Assembly: GCA_040400605.1 (NCBI GenBank)
Contig: JBBAPZ010000002.1
Location: 5,970 to 69,969, forward strand
Direction of reading: 5' to 3'
DNA length: 64,000 nt
Origin: Candidatus Sericytochromatia bacterium
GTDB taxonomy: Bacteria; Cyanobacteriota; Sericytochromatia; S15B-MN24; JAQBPE01
Of this stretch, positions 43,477-54,061 are shown piece by piece. The translations under genes and the position numbers were made by a program. Under the pieces are notes generated by a model. That model was not told the DNA's origin. It made no database searches and saw nothing but the letters and a program-made list of their open reading frames with translations. The stretch's first letter is position 1. Every line of letters starts with the position of its first letter.

Positions 43477-44570
43477 TGCCTCAGGTGATTGAATCGGCGG
43501 CTCAGGAGTCTGGTCAGGCCTTGGTTGAGTTTGCGCTCATTTTGCCTATGTTGGCGCTTTTGACCTTCGGCACGCTCGAAGTGTCATTGTATTTGCAGCA
43601 CGCGTCGGCTTTGAATGGCGCGGCTTTTTTGGCGGCGCGTTCCGCCAGTGTGGTGGGTAACCAGAATCGGATCAGCACCCAAAATGTGAAGACTTATGCG
43701 GATGCAACCGGCATGGCGTGGCTTGGCGAAAGTTGCCAGAACATGAAATCAGCTCACGGTGCCGATTACACGCGCTTTCGGCTTGAAGCGAAAATGGGGC
43801 TGTTGGCCAGTCTGTTGCAGGCGAGTGGGGGCGGTTCGGCGCGGGTTGATACGATAGGCGCCGTTGCTACGCTGCCGCTGGAATATGACCCAAAGCGTCA
43901 GCCCAAGCACACGGCCAATCCAACCTACAAACCGAAAACGCATTGCATGGTGAGTTACGATGCGCCGCGTGTCGCTGCGCCCAAAGGGGTGGGCGACGGT
44001 CTAAAGAAGCTTGCTGAGGTCAAGAAGGTGGTGGTTGACATCAAGGCCAAATGGCCCAAAGCGCCTGCGCCGCCGCCACCGGCTGCGATGACGCTCATCG
44101 CGAATCTGCCAACAGGCCCTGATACCGAGCCTTTCGGTGCGCGGCTGTCCGTTGCCCCGCGGCCTGTAAATGAAAGCAATGGCGAGCGTTATTTGCGTCC
44201 TGATTACGAAAAGGCGACGGGTGGCGGTGTGGCGTGGCGGGTTGGCGATCTCAAACAGGCGCTTGAAGCTTATGCCACGGACCTCAGCAAGGCCAGTGGC
44301 ATCAAAGACGCCTTCACTGAACTGGGGCGTTTTCCACAAGGCAGTTTGCCACAACCAGCACCGCCGACCGGGGGCACTGGAACACCCAAAGCGCCCGGTG
44401 GTCCCGGTAAGGTGGTGCCCCCTGTGCCACCAACAATTCCGACTGCGGCGTTGGCTGCGTTGCTCAAACCGGTGAAGCAGCTTTCCGCGCCGGCAGCGGA
44501 AGCACTGCAGCGCGGCAGCAACACGCAGTATGCGCGCTTGGTGACCCAGGAGCGGAGGCTCTTTCGATGA
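43473..44570 (+). CDS. TadE-like pseudopilin with long Pro-rich C-terminal extension
   Basis: N-terminus QESG/QALVEFALILPMLALLTFGTLEVSLYL is a TadE-type motif. 365 aa versus the usual roughly 150-200. The start overlaps the cpaA stop. Confidence 0.65.
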   Translation: MMPQVIESAAQESGQALVEFALILPMLALLTFGTLEVSLYLQHASALNGAAFLAARSASVVGNQNRISTQNVKTYADATGMAWLGESCQNMKSAHGADYTRFRLEAKMGLLASLLQASGGGSARVDTIGAVATLPLEYDPKRQPKHTANPTYKPKTHCMVSYDAPRVAAPKGVGDGLKKLAEVKKVVVDIKAKWPKAPAPPPPAAMTLIANLPTGPDTEPFGARLSVAPRPVNESNGERYLRPDYEKATGGGVAWRVGDLKQALEAYATDLSKASGIKDAFTELGRFPQGSLPQPAPPTGGTGTPKAPGGPGKVVPPVPPTIPTAALAALLKPVKQLSAPAAEALQRGSNTQYARLVTQERRLFR

Positions 44571-45400
44571 GGGCCGTGATGCGTTGCGCTCAGGCTTTGC
44601 GGCGGGAGGAGGACGGACAGGCCCTTTTGTGGGGGGCTGGCGTGGTGGTGCTGGTGGTGGTGCTGTTTTATGGTGCCGTCGATATCGGGTTGTTGGTGCT
44701 TGGCAAGATTCAGGCGCAGGCTGCCGCGGATGGGGCGGCTTTGTCTGCCGCGGCGTTGAAGGCGAGTGTTCATAATACGCGATCGCTGGCGTATCGGGCG
44801 CAGTCGGGGCAAGTGATGTTGGCACGGCAGGCGTTGATCGAAGCGACGGGCCTGGCCGTGCGGGAGTTGAGTCAACCCGGTCACAAGCCGGCCCAGTTCA
44901 GGGAGTGTCTCGGTCGTGCGCGGGGGCATATCAAGAAGGTGACGCTGTTGCGGGAGGGTGTGCTCGAATTCAACCAGTGGGTCACGGACGCCAAGGTGGG
45001 GCCCGACGCGGTGGAAAGGGCTGCATCAATTGGTTTGAAGGGCAATTTGGGTTTTTTGGCGGTGAGCGATCGTGGCAATCAGCGGTTGCTCACCCAAGGC
45101 GGGGCGCTTGTTGAAAATGCGCGAATCTCGTCTGCCGTTGGCGGGGTTGTTTATGGTGCCGAGGGATTGAATCGGAACGGGCATGCAGGCAAATCGCTGG
45201 TTCGCATCAGCCCCCGGTTGAATGTCCTGGGTGCTGGTGTTTTCGGGATCGGCAGCAGTCAGGAACTGGAAGCGGAATCCGCTGCGGGGCCTTTGGAAGC
45301 ACATACGTTGTGGGGTGCTCTGCCAGCATTGGATGCGTACGGAATCAACTGGTATACGGTGCGTCTGTTGCCGATTGGTACAACGGGGCGGACGCTATGA
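44567..45400 (+). CDS. TadG-like (Tad_N) pilus assembly protein
   Basis: REEDGQALLWGAGVVVLVVVLFYGAVDIGLLVLGKIQAQAAADGAALSAA matches the putative Flp pilus-assembly TadG N-terminal pattern. ATGA coupling at both ends. Confidence 0.55.
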   Translation: MRAVMRCAQALRREEDGQALLWGAGVVVLVVVLFYGAVDIGLLVLGKIQAQAAADGAALSAAALKASVHNTRSLAYRAQSGQVMLARQALIEATGLAVRELSQPGHKPAQFRECLGRARGHIKKVTLLREGVLEFNQWVTDAKVGPDAVERAASIGLKGNLGFLAVSDRGNQRLLTQGGALVENARISSAVGGVVYGAEGLNRNGHAGKSLVRISPRLNVLGAGVFGIGSSQELEAESAAGPLEAHTLWGALPALDAYGINWYTVRLLPIGTTGRTL

Positions 45401-46005
45401 TGAATGGTTGTAACGACTGTTACGACGCGGAAAGTGGCCAGGCGATGGTCGAGTTTGCGTTGATGGTGCCTTTGCTGGTGGTTTTGTTGGTGGGCGTGGT
45501 GGGTGTGGGTGTGGCGCTCATCCAGGCGCAGCAGTTAAGCGTGGCGGCGCGTCACGTGGCACGCCAGACGGCGCTTGGGATGGTGGAGCAGTCCTTAAAA
45601 AAGGGCGGGGCCGCCTCCAGTGTGCAGGTGCTTGCCAGTCGCAGTTTGGCGCAAAGCGGGGCGCGGGAGTCAGGAGCCCGTATGGTGGGTGTGCGTTGGC
45701 AGTCGTTGGGAGGCGGTGGTGGTTTTCGTGCGATCGACGGCCATCGCGCGGCGCTTGTCATCAGCAAGCCTGGTGGCATCAGCGTTGGGCGCGGTGGGCG
45801 GCGCGGTGCGGGGATCGGGGTCTTGTACGTGGGTGTGGGTTTGGAAAGGGAGCAAGCGGGGGGCACGCGTCTGCTCAATATCGGTGCCAGCGCGGTGATG
45901 CCACTTGAATTGCCTTTGACGGGCACGCGGGAGATGCCGGGGGTGATGGATGCCAACCCGTGGATTCGCGCCATCGTCAACGATAAACTTGATACCCGTT
46001 TATGA
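45397..46005 (+). CDS. TadE-like pseudopilin
   Basis: ATG at 45397 overlaps the upstream stop. AESG/QAMVEFALMVPLLVVLLVGVVGVG is a TadE motif. Confidence 0.65.
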   Translation: MMNGCNDCYDAESGQAMVEFALMVPLLVVLLVGVVGVGVALIQAQQLSVAARHVARQTALGMVEQSLKKGGAASSVQVLASRSLAQSGARESGARMVGVRWQSLGGGGGFRAIDGHRAALVISKPGGISVGRGGRRGAGIGVLYVGVGLEREQAGGTRLLNIGASAVMPLELPLTGTREMPGVMDANPWIRAIVNDKLDTRL

Positions 46006-46400
46006 TGTCAGGCCGAACGGTGATGCTAATGGGGCTGATTTGGGGGCAGTGGATCGCAACGGTTGAGGCGCGTGAAATCTTGACCCATTTTCCAGCCTAT
46101 CCCGGGTCTGAGCGCCCGCTGCCTGGTTGGGAGGATTCTCGGTTGGCGATCGCCCGCACTTTAGACAAGCCGGAGGCTGTGATCACCTATTATAGAAACA
46201 GGTTAACCCAACAGGGTTGGCGTGTGGATCGATTCGAATGGCAGGAATCCTTGCAGGCCGCGCGCTCCCACCAACCGGCATGGCTGGTTTTTGAGCGTCC
46301 GGGTGAGGGACGTCTGGATTTGCAAGTGGTGCCTTATCGAGATGAAAAAACCCGTCAATATTCCTGTTGGATTTATTATCAATCCCGACGTTTGCTGTGA
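46002..46400 (+). CDS. Hypothetical exported protein within the Tad locus
   Basis: 132 aa with a signal-like N-terminus (VMLMGLIWGQWIATVEA). Translationally coupled on both sides. No family motif recognised. Confidence 0.4.
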   Translation: MMSGRTVMLMGLIWGQWIATVEAREILTHFPAYPGSERPLPGWEDSRLAIARTLDKPEAVITYYRNRLTQQGWRVDRFEWQESLQAARSHQPAWLVFERPGEGRLDLQVVPYRDEKTRQYSCWIYYQSRRLL

Positions 46401-46430
46401 ATGCGACCAAACAGTTTAAGGAGTCTATCG

Positions 46431-47504
46431 GTGAATTTGCGAGACCGTTTACGCGAACGTTCAGAAGACAACGCAGACAATGAGACGGACAAGCCAGAAC
46501 CCGTGCGGGAAGCCAGGCGTGATTCCGCCAGACGTCCGGGATTGGATGTTAATCGTCGATTCCTGGTTTTGGCGGGCGTGACGGCGTTTATCACGGCCCT
46601 GATGGCTGCGTGGTACCTGCAGAAGCAGGGAGCAGGCCTCCAGGAGGGGGGCACAAAAATTGAGGTGATTGTACTGGCTGAAGAAGTGAAGGCGGGGCAG
46701 GCGTTGAACACCGATCGCCTGGGTACTGCGCTGATTCCCAAGGCCTATTTACCGGAAGGCTATCTCACCGAGATGGCCAAGGTGGAAGGGAAGGTTGCGA
46801 TCGCTCCGATGGTGAGGGGCGAACCTGTGATCGAAAAACGGATCAGCGCCCCCAATCCCGCACTTGGCATCGCTTATCTGCTCAAATCGGGTGAACGCGC
46901 CAAAACCATCACGGTGGACGCTGCCTCCGGTGTTGCTGGTTTGCTACGACCCGGAAACGATGTCGATCTGCTTGCAACGATTCCTGACCCCAATCAGGAT
47001 GGACGCCGCATCAGTACGCCCGTTGCTCAAAAAGCGCGGGTCATCGCGGTTGGCAAACACCTCTATGGCGAAGTGCCCCGTCTCGACGAGAACGGTGAAC
47101 CCATCAGTGATGACACCAGTGGGGGCATCTCGTCAGACAGCACGGTGACCCTGGCATTGCCGGCCAGCAAGATTGGCCTGATTTCACTGCTGGAAGACCT
47201 TGGCAATCTCAAAATCGTTTTGCGTGGCGATGGGGAGACTGTTGTCAGTACCACACCATTTTCGGATGATGTCATCATGTCACTGGTCAGCGGTCAGATC
47301 CCCACGCGAGTGACCAAGGTAAGAGCCCCGGAAAAACCCGTTAACATCCGGCAAGCCCCCGTGCGCCAGACAGTTACCGCTCGGCCCAGTCGACGCACCG
47401 TGGCCGCACCGGCCAGACAGGCACCGGTTGTTGTGAAACAGGCACCCAAACGACCGGTCAGTCAGCCGGAAGTGATTCGTTTTGGCGGTGCAACGGATCA
47501 GTAA
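46431..47504 (+). CDS. cpaB: Flp pilus assembly protein CpaB/RcpC
   Basis: GTG 46431 lies 7 nt after AAGGAG (alternative ATG at 46401). TM helix, SAF-like EEVKAGQALNTDRL, VEGKVAIAPMVRGEPV, RcpC-like beta domain. Charged N-terminal tail and Pro/Arg-rich C-terminal tail. Confidence 0.8.
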   Translation: MNLRDRLRERSEDNADNETDKPEPVREARRDSARRPGLDVNRRFLVLAGVTAFITALMAAWYLQKQGAGLQEGGTKIEVIVLAEEVKAGQALNTDRLGTALIPKAYLPEGYLTEMAKVEGKVAIAPMVRGEPVIEKRISAPNPALGIAYLLKSGERAKTITVDAASGVAGLLRPGNDVDLLATIPDPNQDGRRISTPVAQKARVIAVGKHLYGEVPRLDENGEPISDDTSGGISSDSTVTLALPASKIGLISLLEDLGNLKIVLRGDGETVVSTTPFSDDVIMSLVSGQIPTRVTKVRAPEKPVNIRQAPVRQTVTARPSRRTVAAPARQAPVVVKQAPKRPVSQPEVIRFGGATDQ

Positions 47505-47883
47505 CATCAGGCATTCACGGGCTGTCATTCAAAAACAGCCCAAACCTGATCACCAGTCACCAGGCATTCGACAGTTTGCGGCGAGAAATCCTGGAAACCA
47601 AGTCATCGTCTTACCCGTTAGACATATGCGATCGATCAAACGATCTGGTTCAGCTTGCAGGCGAGGCGTCCTGAATCAGGTATCCGAAGGGTGTTTCAAG
47701 CACTTTGTGCTTTTATGGGATGGCGAATGCGCGATTCCTCTTTTCTGGGTGATGCGTGTGAGTTTTTGGGATGTCGCCCGCCTGGCAGCGTTGGTGCTGC
47801 CATGATTGGATACTGCCCGTAACAAGGGCCTCGTTTCGGGTATAAGCCAATCACGTTATGCATGAATTGAAACGAGGCGCATC

Positions 47884-48924
47884 GTGTTGACCCGGTCTGG
47901 AATGCTTCACCTGCTGGTTGCCGCCAGTGCGTGTCAGCTGTTTATCAGTGAGCCGGCTGCGGCCCAAAGTCCTGATATCGTGGTTCCTTTGGGCACGACG
48001 TTGTTGCTGACCATCCCGGATGGTGTTGAGCGGATTGTTGTCGGAGATTCCAGTATCGCAGACGTCGTGGTGGTCAGTGGTTCCGGTAACCGCGAAATTC
48101 TGGTTAACGGCAAAAAAAATGGCTTCACCAATTTCTATGTTTGGCCCAATCGGGGGCCTGCCAGGCCTTATCGGCTGGAGGTGGCATCGAACCCACGCAA
48201 CGAGTCGGTTGCCGTGCGGGTACAGGTGATAGAAGCGACTGAGCGTCGGAATGGTGCTGCCGGCATTCGTTGGAATGATGTGGTGGGTTTTAGTGAAGCA
48301 TCGCCCAATGCGCCGTTTCGCTTTGGTTTGCCGATTCGCAACGATGTGTTGAAGGCGACTTTGCAGACTTTGGCGGTGGATCGCGACATCAATGTGCTGG
48401 CGGCGCCCACTTTGGTAATCCAAAACGGCAAAAAAGGGTCGTTTTTGGCAGGGGGCGAGGTGCCAGTGCCCTTGATGCAAACCACAGGTGGGGGTGTTGC
48501 TTATACGGTTGAGTGGAAACAGTTTGGCGTGAAACTGGATGTGGAACCGCGGTTGGAGGGCGCAAACGATATCGTGCTGCGGCTGAAGCCGGAGGTATCC
48601 AGTGTGGATGCGGAAAATGCGATACAGTTGCGTGATTTGTCCGTGCCCGGTTTTTCGACGCGTTCAGCCGAAACGACAGTAACCTTGCGTGAGGGGGAGT
48701 CTTTGGTTTTGGCGGGTTTGTTGCGCAAGGATCGCATCAAGACGATTAGCAAGTTGCCTGTATTGGGTGACATTCCATTGTTGGGCAATCTGTTTGGTAG
48801 CACCCAGTATGACGAACGCGCCAGTGAACTGGTTTTTATCGTTACCCCGTCGGTGGTGACGCGAAACCCGGTGTTGCCTGAATCCGAGTATGGCAAGGGT
48901 CGCCCGGGGCAGCGCAGCAAATGA
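47884..48924 (+). CDS. cpaC: Tad pilus secretin CpaC/RcpA
   Basis: Signal peptide. Pilus-formation N-domain ([36 protein letters not shown]). Secretin core ([44 protein letters not shown]). GTG start with GAGG upstream. Confidence 0.88.
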   Translation: MLTRSGMLHLLVAASACQLFISEPAAAQSPDIVVPLGTTLLLTIPDGVERIVVGDSSIADVVVVSGSGNREILVNGKKNGFTNFYVWPNRGPARPYRLEVASNPRNESVAVRVQVIEATERRNGAAGIRWNDVVGFSEASPNAPFRFGLPIRNDVLKATLQTLAVDRDINVLAAPTLVIQNGKKGSFLAGGEVPVPLMQTTGGGVAYTVEWKQFGVKLDVEPRLEGANDIVLRLKPEVSSVDAENAIQLRDLSVPGFSTRSAETTVTLREGESLVLAGLLRKDRIKTISKLPVLGDIPLLGNLFGSTQYDERASELVFIVTPSVVTRNPVLPESEYGKGRPGQRSK

Positions 48925-51107
48925 CACGGATTCTCACCCGGTTGGTGACGATTTTTGGTGCCAAAGGGGGCTTGGGGCGGTCAACCTTGGCTGCCAATCT
49001 GGGCTTGGCGCTTGCCAATCAAGGGGCGCAGCGGGTCGCGTTGGTGGATCTGGATTGGCTGGCCGGTGGCACATTGGCGTCACAATTGGACCTCGAACCG
49101 TGTCCGCATCACTGGGGGGACTGGGTCAACGATCACGCGACGCTTGAGCAGGTTTTGATCAAGCATGGGAGTGGGGTGCGGCTGTTGCCGGCGCCGCCCG
49201 CTGGCGAAGCGGTCATTCCTGCCGCTTACATCGTGGCCTTGTTGAATCAACTCGCTGCGGAACATTCAACCATCGTGGTGGACACATGTTGGCCGCATAT
49301 CAGCCCGTTAATGTTGCCTTTGTTTGATCTCGCCAGTGTGATTCTGGTTGTGACCACACCCGAGATTCACAGCTTGCAGGCCACGAAGGATTTGCTCGAT
49401 CGTGCGCGGGATTTGCATTTTCCGACCGATCGGCTGCAAATCATCTTGAATCGTGACGGCGTCACAGCCGATATCGGTGCCAAAGATGTCGAAAATACGC
49501 TCAAACGCCCGCTTTGGGCGCGCATTCCCTATGACAAGGCCGTCGTGACGGCTTTAAACCGGGGGATCCCGCTTTATCAAGGCGTGCCCCAGCATGTCGT
49601 TTCGAAGGCGGTCAAGGCGGTTGCTGAACGGGTGATGGGCTTGGCACCAATCGACCTGTCAAGCCGTGGCCAGACGTATCTGACGCAAGCCGCGCAAGAA
49701 GCGGCCCGTCCCTTTCCGACCGCCTTGCGTGAGACTGATTTGCCTGAGGTGCCGCTCGATACGTCGCCAAGCCCGTTCACGGAGCCGCAGGCGTTGCAGG
49801 TTGTTGCAACCGATACGGAGCAATTGCGATTGTACAGGTTGCAGATTCTCGACAAACTCGTTGAACAGATGAAGCTGGAAGATATCCCGTTCGAGCGTTT
49901 GGCGGATGATCCAAATTTCAAGGATTTGTTGCGTGAGCAGGTTGCAGAGCGTGCCAACCGCTTGTTAGACGAGCTGAATTTGAATTTGGCGACACGGGCG
50001 GAGCGTTTGCGTCTGGTGCTGGATGTGGCCAATGAGGCGATTGGCTATGGCCCACTGGAAGGTTTTTTGGCAGATGACAGTGTCAGTGAAATTATGGTCA
50101 ATGGTCCCAATCAGATTTTTGTTGAGCAAAAGGGTCGCTTGACATTGACGGATCGCAGCTTCACGGACGAGAAGCAGTTGCGGGTGGTGATTGATCGTAT
50201 CGTCGCTCCCATCGGCCGACGGGTGGATGAATCATCGCCCATGTGTGATGCACGCTTGCCGGATGGTTCCCGCGTCAACGTCGTCATTGCGCCGTTGGCC
50301 CTTAACGGTTCGACCCTCACCATCCGCAAATTCTCCCGCAAGCGCTTGGCCATCGCGGATTTGGTCGGTTTTCAGTCCATGACTGCCGAAATGGCCGAGT
50401 TTTTGGAAGCCTGCGTGTTGGCCAAGTTAAACATTTTTATCTCCGGTGGCACGGGTTCAGGTAAAACGACGCTGCTTAATGTCTTGAGTGGGTTCATTCC
50501 CAGTGACGAGCGCATTGTTACGATTGAAGATGCGGCGGAACTGCGTTTGCATCAAAATCATGTCATCAGCCTTGAAGCGCGCCCACCCAACATCGAAGGA
50601 ACTGGGGCCGTATCGATCCGTGAATTGGTCCGCAACAGTTTGCGCATGCGGCCGGATCGCATCATCGTGGGCGAAGTGCGGGGTGGGGAGGCCCTGGATA
50701 TGCTCCAAGCGATGAACACGGGGCACGATGGCTCGTTGGCCACAGGACACGCCAATACGCCGCGTGATGCCTTGGCGAGACTTGAAACCATGGTGCTGAT
50801 GGCAGGCATGGATTTGCCTGTGCGGGCCATCCGAGAGCAGATTGCCTCCGCAATTCACGTGATTGTGCAACAGTCCCGCTTGTCGGATGGCAGTCGCAAG
50901 GTGGTTGGCATCACGGAGGTAACAGGCATGGAGGGTGACATTATCACCTTGCAGGACCTGTTTGAGTATAAGCAGACGGGTCGTAATCTGGCGCGGGTTG
51001 AGGGCAAATTCCACTCGCTTGGCATGCGGCCGCATTACCTGGACCAAATGATGAGCATGGGGCTTTCATTGCCGCCGACCTTGTTTGTCCGTGGGGACCT
51101 CACGTGA
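48921..51107 (+). CDS. Fusion protein: TadZ/CpaE-like ParA-family ATPase domain plus TadA/CpaF secretion ATPase
   Basis: One uninterrupted 728-aa ORF. N-terminal [19 protein letters not shown] MinD/ParA fold. C-terminal [55 protein letters not shown]. Confidence 0.88.
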   Translation: MTRILTRLVTIFGAKGGLGRSTLAANLGLALANQGAQRVALVDLDWLAGGTLASQLDLEPCPHHWGDWVNDHATLEQVLIKHGSGVRLLPAPPAGEAVIPAAYIVALLNQLAAEHSTIVVDTCWPHISPLMLPLFDLASVILVVTTPEIHSLQATKDLLDRARDLHFPTDRLQIILNRDGVTADIGAKDVENTLKRPLWARIPYDKAVVTALNRGIPLYQGVPQHVVSKAVKAVAERVMGLAPIDLSSRGQTYLTQAAQEAARPFPTALRETDLPEVPLDTSPSPFTEPQALQVVATDTEQLRLYRLQILDKLVEQMKLEDIPFERLADDPNFKDLLREQVAERANRLLDELNLNLATRAERLRLVLDVANEAIGYGPLEGFLADDSVSEIMVNGPNQIFVEQKGRLTLTDRSFTDEKQLRVVIDRIVAPIGRRVDESSPMCDARLPDGSRVNVVIAPLALNGSTLTIRKFSRKRLAIADLVGFQSMTAEMAEFLEACVLAKLNIFISGGTGSGKTTLLNVLSGFIPSDERIVTIEDAAELRLHQNHVISLEARPPNIEGTGAVSIRELVRNSLRMRPDRIIVGEVRGGEALDMLQAMNTGHDGSLATGHANTPRDALARLETMVLMAGMDLPVRAIREQIASAIHVIVQQSRLSDGSRKVVGITEVTGMEGDIITLQDLFEYKQTGRNLARVEGKFHSLGMRPHYLDQMMSMGLSLPPTLFVRGDLT

Positions 51108-51988
51108 ATTTTTTGGCCTATTTCGTGATGCTCTTTGTCGGCATCCTCGCATTGATGTATGCCGGTTTTTGGTTGGTCACGCGACGGCCGGTTGACTTGG
51201 ATACCGACATCGTGGAACCGCAAATCGATGCTGCACAGGTGGAACTGGAAAAACGCCTTCGCCAGGCAGGGCTTGCATTCACGCCGTCTGAATTTGATAA
51301 ACGGGCTCGGCTGGTGGCTTTGGGTGTGGGTTGTCTTGGTTTTGCGATGGGTGGTTTTGGTTTTGGGGGTATTGTTTTTGGCTGTGCTTTGGCGGTGACG
51401 CTGTGGTACTTGCGGGGACGCTACCTCGATTTGAGCATCAAGCGCCGCGCCGCGCTCTTTGATGATCAATTGTGTGATGCCCTTGGAATGATGGCCAATG
51501 GTGTTAAAAGTGGTCAAAGTTTGCTTCAGACGTTTGAGCTGATTGCAACGGATTTCCAGCATCCGTTGCGGGGTGAAATGAATGAGGTGTTGCAGGAAGT
51601 TCGGATGGGCGTTCCGCTTGATACTGCCCTCGGTAACTGGGTTCGACGTATCCCGAGTGAGGATCTTGAGATTGCCACGACGGCGATGATCATTCAGCGC
51701 CAGACGGGTGGTAACATTGCCGAGGTCCTTGATACCGTGGCTACCACCATTCGGGCGCGCAACAAGCTTTTTAAGCAGATCCGCGCATTGACCGCCCAAG
51801 GTCGCGCCAGCGGTTGGGTGATGGCTTTTTTACCGGTCGGGTTGTTTTTGGTCCTCTATGTCATCGCACCGGCACGCACGGGTTTGTTGATTTCACACCC
51901 GCTGGGCCTGCTTGGCAGCACCTTGGGTGCCCTGAGCATCGGTTTTGGCGCTTACACCATTTCACGAATCGTCACGATTGATGTGTGA
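51104..51988 (+). CDS. tadB: Tad pilus inner-membrane platform protein TadB (T2SSF family)
   Basis: 294 aa. TM helices flank a T2SSF cytoplasmic domain ([26 protein letters not shown]). GTGA overlap with the ATPase gene. Confidence 0.8.
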   Translation: MNFLAYFVMLFVGILALMYAGFWLVTRRPVDLDTDIVEPQIDAAQVELEKRLRQAGLAFTPSEFDKRARLVALGVGCLGFAMGGFGFGGIVFGCALAVTLWYLRGRYLDLSIKRRAALFDDQLCDALGMMANGVKSGQSLLQTFELIATDFQHPLRGEMNEVLQEVRMGVPLDTALGNWVRRIPSEDLEIATTAMIIQRQTGGNIAEVLDTVATTIRARNKLFKQIRALTAQGRASGWVMAFLPVGLFLVLYVIAPARTGLLISHPLGLLGSTLGALSIGFGAYTISRIVTIDV

Positions 51989-51997
51989 GGCCTTGTT

Positions 51998-52939
51998 ATG
52001 GTGTATCTGATCGCGATTTTGTGTTTCGTTAGCGTGGCTTTGTTGCTTTTGGCGATCGCCAAGCCGCAACAGGTCGAAGATGTGCAGGATCGCCTGAAAC
52101 GCCTGAATCAAAGCCCAAGTGAAACAGCAACCCTCAACCCAACCCTTTCCAGGTCCGAAAACCAGGAACCAGCCGATGCCGGCTTGCAGCGCCTGAAACA
52201 ACAGGTGGGCGACGCATTGGAACCCTTTGCCCGGCGCTCGTTAACGCCTGAGCAAGTCGATGCCTATCAGGAACGACTTGCCAAAGCGGGTTTATACGGG
52301 GAAGTGCCGATTGCCTGGCGTGTCAAGCAATTTCTTGGTGCCTGTCTCGGAGCGACCATCGCGACGATTCTGAGTATCGGACTGGCGGATGCACGCTTTG
52401 GGATTTGGCTGCCGGCGGTTGTCATCGCAGGCGGCATCGGGTATCTGTATCCCGTTTGGCAGTTACGTACCTTGGCCGCCAGTCGCCAAAAAGCGATTTT
52501 GCGACAGTTGCCATCCACGCTGGATTTGCTCACCATCAGCGTCGAAGCCGGGCTGTCACTACAGGCCGCCATGGTCAAGGTCGTCGACAAAGGCCGACCA
52601 TCACCACTCAAAGATGAGTTCGAACAGGCCTTGCGCGAGATTCAGTTGGGACGGCCGCGCGCGGAGGCCTTGCGTACGCTTGGTCGTCGCATCGACATCA
52701 AGGAGGTCCATTCCGTCGTCCTGGCCATGATTCAGGCTGAATCGATGGGCACGTCGATCGGCAAGGCCTTGCGCACTCAGGCAGAGATTGCACGCGAAAA
52801 TCGGTGGTCCAGGGCGCAGGAATTGGCCTTTCAGGCACCGGTCAAGCTAACCTTTCCATTGGTTTTATTCATCTTTCCACCGGTCTTTTGGGTTATCTTG
52901 GGACCTGTTATCCTTGAACTGCTCAGCAACATGAAATAG
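51998..52939 (+). CDS. tadC: Tad pilus inner-membrane platform protein TadC (T2SSF family)
   Basis: 313 aa. LPSTLDLLTISVEAGLSLQAAMVKV is a T2SSF motif. C-terminal TM pair. Confidence 0.8.
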   Translation: MVYLIAILCFVSVALLLLAIAKPQQVEDVQDRLKRLNQSPSETATLNPTLSRSENQEPADAGLQRLKQQVGDALEPFARRSLTPEQVDAYQERLAKAGLYGEVPIAWRVKQFLGACLGATIATILSIGLADARFGIWLPAVVIAGGIGYLYPVWQLRTLAASRQKAILRQLPSTLDLLTISVEAGLSLQAAMVKVVDKGRPSPLKDEFEQALREIQLGRPRAEALRTLGRRIDIKEVHSVVLAMIQAESMGTSIGKALRTQAEIARENRWSRAQELAFQAPVKLTFPLVLFIFPPVFWVILGPVILELLSNMK

Positions 52940-52962
52940 TCGCCCAGGCTATCATCAGGAGA

Positions 52963-53982
52963 ATGCCGATGCCTTTGCAAGCACCCCCCGCGATCGTGCA
53001 AACCCAGCCACAGCGTCCACCGTTTCGTCTGGAACTGCCACCGACACGCGCGCAGCGGGCGATCGCACGCGTGCGGGAATCCATCGCAACCGAAACGCAC
53101 AACGGCATCCAAAGAGGCGCGCAAACCCGCATTCACGTTCATCCAGAGGGCACCGCCAAAGGTACTGTCGTGATGTACCACGGCTTTACGGCCGGTACCT
53201 GGCAATTCGACCTGCTCGCACCGCTGGTGCATCAAGCCGGTTACCATGTGTATGTACCGCGCCTCCCGGGACATGGACAAACCGATACCCACGGCATCGA
53301 AAGTCCCCAAGGCCTGCCAGATGGCACCAATTGGGAACGCTACACCCAGTTTGCGGATCAAAGCTTCCAAGACGCCGCAGACCTCGGCGGGCCGGTCTCC
53401 GTTCTCGGTCTTTCCGTGGGCGGAAACGTTGCAGCTTGGGTCGCCGAACGACACCCCACCGTGCAAAAAACCATTATCTACGCCCCCTTTCTCCAACACG
53501 AACATACGACGGCCCAAGGCATTTTCAATGTCGTCCACCAGATGGACACGCTCACCAATCGCCATTTCGGAATGCTGTTAGGTAACCTGACACACAGCTG
53601 GGGCGAAGAATGCCGCCAAATGGCCGCAAATGGCACCCGACCGGGTCACTCCTGGTTCTATCTGGTCCAAGCCTATGGCGCCACCGAGTTGGGGCGTCGC
53701 GTCATCGCCAATGGCACACGTGCCCAAGCCGCCTTACAGGTTTTTACGACCGATATCGATGACACTGCGGGCTTTGCAGCCATCCGCGACCTGTACAACG
53801 CCTGGGGCAGCCCGCGAAAGTCCTGGTACCGCTACCCCGCCGCTGAAGGCATTCCACATCCGATGATTCACCCCCTGGAGGATCGCGGTCGCAACCACAC
53901 CCCGTTGTTATACGCAATGACCCTCGATGCACTCCGAGGGACGCCCATCGAACGCGTAAACACAACATTGGTGCGTCCTTGA
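52963..53982 (+). CDS. Alpha/beta hydrolase (intact GxSxG)
   Basis: VVMYHGFTAG...PRLPGHGQTD and nucleophile elbow VLGLSVGGNVAA. Confidence 0.7.
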   Translation: MPMPLQAPPAIVQTQPQRPPFRLELPPTRAQRAIARVRESIATETHNGIQRGAQTRIHVHPEGTAKGTVVMYHGFTAGTWQFDLLAPLVHQAGYHVYVPRLPGHGQTDTHGIESPQGLPDGTNWERYTQFADQSFQDAADLGGPVSVLGLSVGGNVAAWVAERHPTVQKTIIYAPFLQHEHTTAQGIFNVVHQMDTLTNRHFGMLLGNLTHSWGEECRQMAANGTRPGHSWFYLVQAYGATELGRRVIANGTRAQAALQVFTTDIDDTAGFAAIRDLYNAWGSPRKSWYRYPAAEGIPHPMIHPLEDRGRNHTPLLYAMTLDALRGTPIERVNTTLVRP

Positions 53983-54061
53983 CGGGCTTGCACCACCATC
54001 CACAAATCAACAAAACTTATGCATCGTCGCTGACAGTTTGTGACGCACGGTAGACGACACG

